From NCBI GenBank assembly GCA_030141605.1, contig JAQGDQ010000024.1:372001-436000 (forward strand): DNA of 64,000 nucleotides. The letters are read 5' to 3'. The stretch is from Tubiluchus corallicola. Lineage: Eukaryota > Animalia > Priapulida. Both the position numbers and the translations under genes were made by a program. Shown in pieces: positions 42,942 through 64,000 of this stretch (its first letter is position 1; the number at the start of each line of letters is the position of its first letter). Below the pieces are notes generated by a model. The model did not search any database. It was not told the origin of the DNA and worked only from the letters and a program-made list of their open reading frames with translations.

Positions 42942-44508
42942 CTGTGTTATTCTTATTCGACTTTGCAAATTTGAAATGGTGATCATAGCATGTTGCCATA
43001 TATTGTTTAGCCAGAATATTTGGTTTTTCAGCTTATATGCATACATATTAGGCCATTTATGTATACATATTATGCCATATTATACATAAATAGGTCACTG
43101 CTGGTTATAATACTAATAAACGTACTTGCTTCACATTATTACCAAATTAGTAGTGTTGATTTTTATTAGGCTGAGCTCTCTGATTGATTAGCTCTATGAT
43201 TCTTGCTTGTTAAAGTTAATCTTATTTTATTTGACGTAATCAAAACATGAGCCACATATTAAAAGTTCAAACTCAACTTGAACCTCGATTGTTGCAAATG
43301 AAGCCTAGTTAGGCAAATTTTGTCACTTACATCCAATAAGTGAGTGTTGTGTTCCATTTGAAGTCATATATCTTTGTTTGTTCCTTTGCTAATTCTTGAA
43401 ATGTTGTTATTGAATTCCAGTTTTTTCCTAACATTCCAGTTTAGTATTCCACATGTCATTTGTAATTTATATATTTAAATTGTCTACAGATTGCTAATAG
43501 ATATCGCTCTGTGATTCAAATTTATTTAACATTTATAATTTTGTCGTTTTATTTATTTATTTTTTGGAGCCATGATCTTTTGTTTAACAGTCACTATTTG
43601 TCTTATTTGCAAAGGCAATACATATCATTACTGTGATACCAACATAGGAGTAGCTTTATTCTGGTTGTGCTCATGTGATTTTTGTAGTTTATTTCGTTCA
43701 TGTGCTTCATACAAATGGCCATGAACTGCATGTGACTTTCAATATGCTGGATTAATAATTGCAAAACGAAAGGTTAATAAGCTGTTTTAGAAATATTCAT
43801 ATGACTTATTTTACTTTCATTATTAGTGCTGAAAGTTATTTTGATTTTATAAACTTTTGCATTTCTGTGATCTTGGTACAAGTGAGGCCTTATTGTTCTA
43901 ACAAGAAAGAAAAAAAGAAAGATTATTTATTAAAAAGAGTTTGTTATGTATATTATCTTACTGTTTAAACAATAACAGTACCTGTGATGCTGAGCCTGAA
44001 AGCACTATAACTAAATGTTGTTTTATAGAACATTTGTAGGGATTATTTGCATTGATGTTACTATTCATGTTAGTAATGGCTCAATCAGTTTCACTATGAC
44101 ACAAACTTTAGGTAGTAATTTTAATTCATGGTTTGTATTATTTGTTACTAAATTTCTGTGAATTAAACTGAACTGTTCTCTCAATAGGTCTCAAATGTTA
44201 AAAAGTTGCATAGTGCAATTTCTCATCAGAGTACTTTCAAAACTAAATTTTCAAAGATGATTACTTGCTTCATTTATAATGTTTTGGTTGTTGTTATTAT
44301 ATTTTTTGCATTATATTTGTGACTTATTTTTGTGACTAAGTTATAAGTGAACATACCAAGTTTTGTTAATTTGATAATTTTGTTCTTTGAAGTTAATTTT
44401 AATAAAGGAATTTAAGGAAAAAAAGTGATTTTTAAAGTACTGTGTTATTCAACTTTTCTAAATGTTATGACTTTTACAGTTCATTTGAGAGCACATCATA
44501 CGTTTATC

Positions 44509-45175
44509 CATAGGTGTACGAGGCAGGGGGCGGTTGCCCTCCCAGAGCAAATGAATTTTGCATTTTCAGGGCAAATAATTGTATAGTAAAATTTCCAAAT
44601 TTAATATTGAATATTTAAAACGCTTAAAATGCACGAGAATAAAGTTTGTAAGCTGATGGGCTTTAAAGAAAGCAAAAGTAAACTTAAAATTTCATTTTCC
44701 TAAAAGTTTCTGCTTAAAGAATGAAAATATTTGTAAAGTTCAGTTTTTGCAAAAAGTTTTTACAGTCTTGTGCATCTTTGCGTTCACTGCAACATTTAAC
44801 AATGCTTTTATATCATTTGGAATATGAATTCTGACTAGAAATAATAGTAAACTGCATTACTTCATTAAACACTGGTCATTACCGTCGGTTTGTTTTTGTT
44901 TAAAAACACTGCTATCTTTCTGTTTTCTTGAAAGTCGGTCGGTGATGATGCACGTCAGGGTTGCGAATGGGCCTCACAAGTTTAGTGATTCTCTTCATCT
45001 AAATCTCTCCTTAAGTATGCTTATAAATGTTTTGTGTTTTTAGACACTTTTATCGGTCTGTATCCTGTATAAGTGTGTATATAGGCTGGAAATAATATAC
45101 GCTACGGCAAGTCAGAAAATTTTCAGGGCAAATTCCTTCTTCCTTCCTGGTGAAAATTCTGCCCGTATGCTTGTG
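44509..45175. mobile_element. Degenerate hAT-like MITE
   Basis: Ends CATAGGTGTACG / CGTATGCTTGTG, GC-rich subterminal segments, repeated TTTTCAGGGCAAAT; TSD poorly preserved. Confidence 0.5.
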
Positions 45176-45761
45176 GGTTATCTACATATCCACATTATGT
45201 AAGTGACATGACACTATCAGTTTAATCATGTTAATATATATTATTGTTATGTATGTTACAGAGACAAGGATGTAGATAAACACATTATGTGCAATTATGT
45301 TTGTCTGTTTTAACATTAAAATGCATTTTAGTATTAAATAGAGTTGTTACTCTCGAAAGTTTCAAACATGGAAGATTAGAGTAGCCAAAAACTGCTTAGG
45401 TGCAAAAATTACTCAAACATTTTATTTATGTGACACTTTAAAATTTTGACGTCGGCAACTTGCAATTTCAGTTATGTAAAATGTATAAGTGCATAAGACT
45501 TTGTAATTAACCTAGATTCAAGGATCAGGTTGAGCGGCTAATCTTTTTTGCATGAAAACTAATAATGTCACTGATAAGAACTATTTCCTTAATTATAGCC
45601 GAGGTATTGCCGTTGTAGTAAGAATAAATTTCTTTGGTAATTATAATTATTGCACCATCATGATATTGCACTACCATGAGTCACTTCACCTTTATATTTG
45701 AAAATCTGCTACTAGGTGGCAATACTGTATACAACGTCAGAGAGCTAATATTGGTAAATGG

Positions 45762-45770
45762 CCTTTTACC
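45762..45770 (+). promoter_or_regulatory. TCT/5'TOP initiator of RPS27
   Basis: CCTTTTACC about 30 nt before the ATG, as expected for a ribosomal protein gene. Confidence 0.7.
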
Positions 45771-45792
45771 CGTGTTGCTGTCAAATGCGAAG

Positions 45793-49885
<4,093 letters not shown>

Positions 49886-51833
49886 ACTGCAAGGATGGAG
49901 GCTTACGTAACACTGGACAGCTTATTAAATGACTATTATACATGCGTGATGGGTTGAATTTTTGAATTGATAAATACTGTATTGTAATGTAAAATAAAGC
50001 CTCTTTTGTCGCGTGTAGTTAATCTTGGCTTTTTATTTTTGGTGTTTTGTTTGATGAAACCAATGTAGCAGTCTGATAATAAAAATAGCTGTCAATTAGA
50101 ATTTCAACTCCACACAGCATGACATAGAAAATGGCATATAATATGACATTCTAAAGTGAAGTGAAAGCAATTACTGTAATGAAAGACAAGTGAAAGGTGC
50201 TATTTTGCAAGCTGGGTAACCCTCGTTTTCACTAGTTCCATTCAGTTCAAGGTGCTTTATTGTCATCCCTGTAAATAATATGGACACTATTATACTGCAG
50301 CAGAAAGAATATTTCTTCAGCAATGGCAATTTAAAAATGACAAAACAATTGCTGTGGGCAAAGGCTTTGGAAAGTACTAGGACTGCTACTGTCATTTCAC
50401 ATAACTGTGTCTTGTATTGTATTAAATTGTAAAGCTCAGACCTGCTACTAAAGCAGCATATTCATGGAGGAACTAGCATCACAAATAAAAGTAGCATATT
50501 AACGAAAATGCGAAATATAAGTAATGTTATACGTTTTGCACATGAAATTCTAAAACTGGTCTACTTTTTGAACATTACTACCTGGGTAAGATTGTCTATT
50601 CTGGTGGTTGTAATTTGTAAACTTTGTGCGGCCACAGGTGTCAGCACTGTGTCATCACACAAATTGCAGGCTGATCGGTTAAGTTCTGATCTTTCAGGTT
50701 TAGTAATTGACTGTTAAAACGCTTAACTGTTTAAATACACATATTTATACAACATTAAATCTATTTTTGCAAGCCTGCATTTTGTAGGATGACAGCTTTT
50801 TATTTACGTACTACATTCCAAAATTGCCTGTTCTGTGCTGCTTTCGATCATAGGACGTCCTTCTTACGAGACATACAGTTCCTGCAATAAAACTACCAGT
50901 AGAGGACAATTTAAATGTACAGTAGTAGTAACTTGACAGTATAACTAAATTATAGGGTGTAATACAGTAATATGATAATCAGTACGACCAATTAAACAGT
51001 AAAATTATTTTTTTAAAGTAACTGATTCAGAGTTGGCATTACCACAAAATTCACAATTATAATTATGCTAAATGTGTGGTTTTAGCTGGTATGATAGTTT
51101 ACTGTTTGTGAAACGCATCTAAACTAGGAAATGTCAGAGGAATTTTGAGATTCCATATTTGGAACAATACTACAAAATATACGGTACGTATCGGATATGA
51201 ATCAAGAAGTATTAGCACTCATGAAAGCAAGTTAGTTGGAATGGATAAAAACAAGAAATTTGTCATTTTGCTTTAATCATTGCTTTTAATATGCTTAGAT
51301 GTTGACTAAATAAGACTACTTTTTTCCAACTTCAGAAGCTATAGTATATATCTATTAGAAGCTATTAAAGCTTGTCGTTTCTTGCATCTGTTACTCTTAC
51401 CCGGTTTTCGTACGGAGGACTGAGGTTGGGGATTTGACTCTCGTAACGAGAAATTATAAGGTTTTTTTGAAACCTTTGTTGTTTATAGTACAAAAAAAGT
51501 TTATAACGCTTTTGAGATTGTAAGAAATTAAAAAAAATCGAAGTCCGATTGAAGAACAATTAAGATTCTATATACCTGCAGCAGCATAATGGCTTGCAAG
51601 TTAAACAGGCAACGTGAATGAGTCATGCGTGAAGCTGTGCGTAATCAACTGTCTGCACATTCAATCAATAAAGCACGGGCGTGTGCTCACTCCCTGCTGC
51701 CATGTGCCCAGAGATGCTTATTCCAGGTTAGTCCGAGTTCAAACGTTGCATTGCATAAACTCATCAAGAGGATCGCATTGCTGATTGTGTTTTGAGACTT
51801 TTTAGATAAAATAGAGAAGCGCAAAACTCCGAG

Positions 51834-51926
51834 ATGGTGTTTCAACCCAACTGGCGAGATGTGCAAGAGCAAGGAGGTCACGTGAATGTATCTGAACTCA
51901 TATCAGCAATGGACACCAGCAAAAAG
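51834..51926 (+). CDS. Candidate alternative coding first exon A of coronin
   Basis: ATG...MVFQPNWRDVQEQGGHVNVSELISAMDTSKK|GTATGG, 93 nt, phase 0, compatible with the acceptor directly before ATG 56589. Confidence 0.5.
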
Positions 51927-53456
51927 GTATGGCTTATATATAAAATTGCTTGTATGCACTAAGAAAGATATTAAAACATAATAATTTCGTGTGTTAATTC
52001 GCGTTTTGCTCTCGTAAATTCTCTTTCCGTGTTTCTGTTTGTTGAGCATGAATACTTGACCACTCCGGTTCACTAGTTATGAGTTCGAATCTCGTACTGG
52101 TTTACATTAGCTATTCTGTTTTGATATCACGCTTGAGTAAGACGGGTACATATTTTAATTTTAATTTTGCCTTTAATTCGCTTCCACAACAAGTAATTTT
52201 ATGACTCAAGTTCTATTATACGAAGTAAGCAACATAGACAAGGGGGCAAGCTCTTCCGTTTTGCTCTAGAAATTGTTAATTGATTAGCCAATGACCGACG
52301 CTATGCTTGGCCAATTTCGCTGAGGGATACGCGCGAATCTGCGAGTGAACTGGCACTCGTGTAGCTTGAGTGAGACGAACTTTAGAGTACATAAAAAGCA
52401 AAAGTTCTTTGAAGTTATTTGAAGCCTGATAAGTTAGTTACAATCTACAAAATTTTGTGGACCGTTTTCACGTAACGGTCAAGGTAAAATTGCACACGGA
52501 CTTTCTGTTAAAACCACTCTAATTGGTTAACCGATTTGACGAGCACTGAACAATGATTTGTATTGCATTGTATTGTGCAAACCTATACTAATTTTGCATC
52601 TTGGGCAATTGATGGTAACCGTATTTGTTAAATCGGATCGCAAAAGTTTGTAAGGAAAGTAGCTTTGGTTCGAGCAACATTCTTCTACGCAGACCCTTGC
52701 ACCATTGTAGATAGTTCTGCTTTATCGCAGATTACACTAATTCCCATATTTAGTGCTGCCGTCGCAAGCTGACTGCTCTACCAACCACACCTTTCCCTTT
52801 CAGTAGCGTTACTAACCAGGTTGATAATTTGCTCACCTTTCCCGCTTGAGTTCACGCGCTTTCTTGCAGATTATCTAGTCCTACAGAAATCCCCGCCTTT
52901 TCTTGCTCATCACTGACACCGCTCACGTGGTGGCGTGCCCTCTCGAAGCCACGATTACAGGAACATTTTGCACCAGCGATGGTGGCAGTGTTAGTAAGAA
53001 GCTGCATGTGTTAAAATATATGTGCCTTCATACTGATATTACTCTCGTTTTATTTATGTAAGCTTTGGTGTACTGTGTATCTTAGCTATTAGACACCCGA
53101 CCTAGATATGCCTTCTGCCGTACATTTTCAGGTCGTTGACATAACAGCATGTTTAGCTGCTTATGAGTAGCGCTGTGGTCAGACGTACAGGTGCCACTGT
53201 ATGGTATTGATTTATCTGTGCACTTATCAAGTCTTCCAGATTTGGTTAATTCTCAAGAGAGCGTTAAACCGTTATTGTGCGGAAACCATATATCAAGTGG
53301 TGGTGTGCAGTGCTGCCGAACTATCCTTAACTGGAGGCGTGTACACCCGATAAGATACGTGCCTTGTTTTATCTTATCTGATCAGCGCGTGCACAAGTAA
53401 CGTGTTAAACGCATTGACCTCGAATCTCGTGCGCTGATGAGCATTACGCAGTCAGG

Positions 53457-53471
53457 ATGACTTTAAACGTG
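53457..53471 (+). CDS. Candidate alternative coding first exon B of coronin (MTLNV)
   Basis: ATGACTTTAAACGTG|GTGAGT, 15 nt, phase 0, in a CpG-rich segment. Confidence 0.5.
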
Positions 53472-56400
53472 GTGAGTCTTCGCAAGTAAATTTTGATGAG
53501 TTATTGAATAGAGTTGACACTTGATAATCTGCGCTAAACAGATTGCGCCATAGACCCCTAACTCAATTATATGCACTCAGTTTAATATGTTATCTGTATT
53601 ATCTGTTTAGTGTTTCAAGTGTTTTAATTTATTAGTCTCAGATATTATATGTTTTGATGTTTCAGCTTTCAAAACTTTTGCGAAAGCTTGGAGCATGTAT
53701 TTAATTTACCTGTGCACCCTGCGCTTAATTTCCTGGCTGGCCGTTTCGTTGAAAACGAAATTTAAATAAAAAATACATTTGGAAATTCTCATATATTGCA
53801 CTGCCCAGTTTTTTTTTTTGGTATGGTCTGATGCCACTGCGCATTTAATTAAGACGAATCGCCCTTGCTGCCTAAACTTCATAATAACCATTTTGTACTG
53901 CCTTGACAGGTTGACAGACTCATTTATTGTAAACGTCGACTAACCCCTTCCCTTTGAAAACTGACAGCATATTTATAATGAGCGTCTGACTAGACGTACC
54001 ATTAATTTACATTTTCCAGTTAAAATGCTGTTTGACGTAGTTGATGACCAAGTATGTCCATTTCTAGTCGGGCGAGAAGCACGCAAATAGGTAGAATTAG
54101 AAGAACAATATTCGCACCTTTTGTATGGTGCAGTCTGGTGCAACTACAACTGCATTTTCGTTACTTATTCAAAAATTTCAGACAGTCATTTCATTGATCA
54201 ACACCTGGTTCATTTCAAGCATTTGTCCTCGGAAATAATTCTGAGCAGCTAATTTAGTGCACTGTAAACAACTGCAGCAAGGAGGTTAATCAAATTGAGT
54301 TATCTGCACGCTAATCAGAGCTACGTTATGCATTGGTAATTGAACTCTAACACCTAGCGCTAATTGTCGCAATTTGTTTGTATACTGATAATTACTTCAC
54401 AAACACCTGGTGGTCCACCAAATTTGGTTGGTACTATTAATCCAAGAACTGGGTACTATTTATTAACAATAAATTGCTTATAGAATGCTTAGCAGTGGCA
54501 GCAGTTTCTCAAGAAAATCAGTTCGTATACGTGTATCAATAAAATTTGTTTTATGAAAAACCGTGGCGAGACACCCTGTTTGTTGAATCGCCTCTTAGTG
54601 TTCTTTGGCCTTTGGTTCCAAAAGTCACTTCCTCCTTATCTTAACAGAATGCACGCTTTACACTGTGGCTTTGTTAATAGTAATTCTCTCCACTGAGTAA
54701 AGAGCGGAACATACTATTGTTTAAATAATGCGCCTTTTCATCTGCGATATTTATTCTTGGCATACTGATTACTATTACTGCTTATAAATGTGGCCGAGTC
54801 GGTTCTACTTGCAATAAGTTTTGAATGTGCTGTGAATGACAATGAGTTTTATGTGTGAGAGACATGGTCGTTTGCAGACCAAAAAAGTTTTCTGAAGCAT
54901 TCACGCAGTGGTCTGTCTTACATTTTTACTACAGCACATTTTGTACATGTACGCATTATTTCTGTGTCCATAAGACTGGTCTGGAAAGCTGCCAACATTG
55001 GAGGGATAGCCAAAACTGGTTTCATAATGCCGTTTGCGAAGCCACAATTCATCGAGCCTGAAGTATTTAATTTATTGAATTATTAATAAACTCCATCGGC
55101 TTCTAGAGGTTATTGTCTTCTGTATGCAAGTTCAAAAACCTGTATTGTTATTGATTTATTTTGCTGCAGTTAAACCTGCAGTTTTTGCACAATCAATGAT
55201 TATCAGTTCTAGTCGCACTTTTCCGTGGTTATGACTTTGATGTATTGTAGCTAAATCTTGAGGCCTTACTTCTCGTTTTGGTTTAGTGTCTATGCAATAG
55301 CAAAAGTAATTATGCAACCTATGCCAGATTTGGAACTCGAAATATATTCATAAAAACTATGGTCTTTTAATTTAGCTTGACATGTGTAATTTAAATATTG
55401 CACTTCATCACTTTGATTTGACTGCTCTAAAATAATACAAAGAGAATTATCAGACTGAATTCAACATGTTTGTATTATTTTGCTGTTTTAAACTGTACGA
55501 GTATTGCATTATTTAATGTAATTTTATATGGATGTACTGGATGGTAATGCACAATAAACTGTTACCACTAGTAGATTACATAATGGTTTACAAGCAACGC
55601 CTTCAAATACCTAAAACCATATACTGAAAATACAAAATGACATTGTCTAATAATGTCTATGGTAATATGACAAGTGTAAGTAAAAATTTAATCACAAAAT
55701 TCTGATATACCTGTATATTCTGTATTCACGAAATAGCGACATAAATTATTAACAATGCCAGCTGCAGGGGTCTGCCTCTGTGTAGCTGTAGCAGAAGCTG
55801 CCACGTTTAAGATTTTAGCAAAGCACAGTGGTCTATGACAGTTGAGATTTTACCAAGCCACACACAACATGATAAGAGTTTTAGCGTCATGCACTCCAAC
55901 TGCAATTCAAGCAATGAAATTCATGGAGCCATCACATGTAACGTAGATCGATACATTTTTCACTTGCTTTTCATTGAATCATGCCCGTAATTTGAGTTCA
56001 ATCTCCAGGCTTTTCCTTTGGGATATATGGGAAGAAAGAGTCGTTTCCTCTTCTAGGCCCCATTTCCTCTTGTTGCATTTCGATGATTGCAGGCTAGGTC
56101 ATATAACCCTCGGCAATACCTACTGGAGTTCAAGAAGACCTTGTGTGCGCTATAAAATGAAAACTGTAATAGAGGACAAAATCGCTGTAAATATTTACAC
56201 AAAAATAATGTCTGTATGCTGTGTAATTCAAAAATTTTGATTGATTGGGTGTGCACAGACAATTTTTAGTAATCAATCAAAGGAAAATTGTGTATCATTT
56301 TATACAGGTAGATCGCATAACTTCTTTCATTTGATGGGGAATACCTGTGTAGAGTTTTGTGGTGCAAATTTAACATTTTAGTTGGCTATTGCACCTTTGG

Positions 56401-56588
56401 GTGGAACTAATTTTAGTGTAAGTTATGTATATTGGTGCATTTCCACGGTTTTGTTTTAGCTATGAATTTGCAGTATAACTGATAATTTGTTTTTGTTGTT
56501 GTTAGTTCACGATGTTTTTAAGTTGCTTGTTGGTAGTGTGCCAAGTGACAATGCCGAAATGCTAAGCACATTGTTTCTTTCTTTCTAG

Positions 56589-62863
<6,275 letters not shown>

Positions 62864-64000
62864 TAAATTTTTGCCAATTTCAAACTTTTTAAGTCCCCTC
62901 ATTTGGAAAAACAGCAGTCGATGTCGTTATTCATTTATCTTAACTGTAATATGTTACATGTCCGAATTTCCTGCAAATAGGATCAGTGACGCAATGGTAA
63001 CTCTGTAACAAGTTTTTTTCTTCTTATTTTGGATAGGTGTGCTCATCACAGGTTAAGTTTGTGACTATGCTTGTCACATTTTTAGGTTCTGGTTAAAATA
63101 TGTTTGAAAAATTCATTCACTAGTAAGCAGCACCTTTCGTGCCAAGAGACATGAATATGATAAATTACAGTGAAAAAAGTTTAATTAACGTTGTCATCTC
63201 CTCTCTTCGTAAGTTGCTTACTTAGTTACTATAGTGCTTATACCAGTAAAATAGTATTAATTTCTAAAGGGTTTGAAGAATTTGAAACTTTTTTGTGTGA
63301 AGTTATATTATTAAAGTGCATTTTTGTTTCTAGAAAATGAAAAATCCATATTTTTGCCATTTGCTGGCAGCTTCAATATTAAACCAAAGTCATCTGTAAA
63401 GTTGAATTTCTGCTTTCCACTTTATCCATTCTTGATTGATTCGTTCAATGGCTTTGCTGCAGTTCTTTGAAATTCGACTCGACATAGTCCTAATGGATTG
63501 ACGTTAATTAACAGTCTTTCTAGTTCAGTGAAGTGCAGCTGAGTGCAATAACTGTTCAGTTTGAGAATGGTCTTACGCTTGATTAATTCTGTACTGGTCA
63601 CCATACAATGACTAAAGTCATTTAATATGAAATCTTTCTTTGGGATCAATACTTATTTTCCCTTTACCTGGATAACACGGAAAAGCCAGTGTTTTTAGAG
63701 TAAAGTCTAAATTTCTAGACATTTGCTGCAAAATGGAAAGAAAAGTTGAAGATTTTGTAATTTGTATAGTAAACTCTTGGACTCGTATAACTCAAGCTTA
63801 TTTTTTTCAGTTTCTTTCATTTAGTTTGCTTGATTATAATCTAGTTAAGAAGTTCTGAAGCAGAGCAATCACATTTTCCCCTAAGTAGTTTTGTATCAGA
63901 AAAAATATTCATTGTGGTTTTGTGATTCATTATTAAACAGTTGAACTGGAAATACACAACTAATTAGAGCAAGCATTTCAAGCATATTATTGGCATGGTA

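Noticed and set aside
51345-51690. Helitron-like element (TCTAT start, GCACGGG)
   Set aside because: No 3' hairpin or CTRR terminus found.
52050-52100. tRNA gene (B-box-like GAGTTCGAATCTC)
   Set aside because: No A box or cloverleaf; at most a SINE remnant.

Overview
AT-rich metazoan (invertebrate-like) nuclear DNA with GT-AG spliceosomal introns; it is not prokaryotic and has no CRISPR array, rRNA or intact tRNA. Six host genes can be rebuilt exon by exon with consistent phases: DUS2 (minus, 5' half, runs off the left edge), katanin p60 KATNA1/KATNAL1-like, CCDC113/CFAP263, ZNF800-like, RPS27 and a class-2 coronin (runs off the right edge). DUS2 intron 3 holds a full-length CR1/L2-group LINE with a 12-bp TSD, itself interrupted by a Tc2/pogo-like MITE. 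Introns and spacers carry many MITEs (Tc1/mariner-type TA, hAT 8-bp, Harbinger TAA, Mutator 9-bp TSDs), LINE remnants and satellites. Best leads: a 58-bp inverted repeat pair bracketing the whole KATNA1 coding region; an RPS27 with CxC instead of CxxC plus a candidate poison exon and a splice-donor-rich minisatellite; an AUG-less overlapping LINE ORF2; a Penelope-like hairpin with decayed hammerhead cores; and alternative coding first exons for coronin. No new system is demonstrated; these are testable hypotheses.
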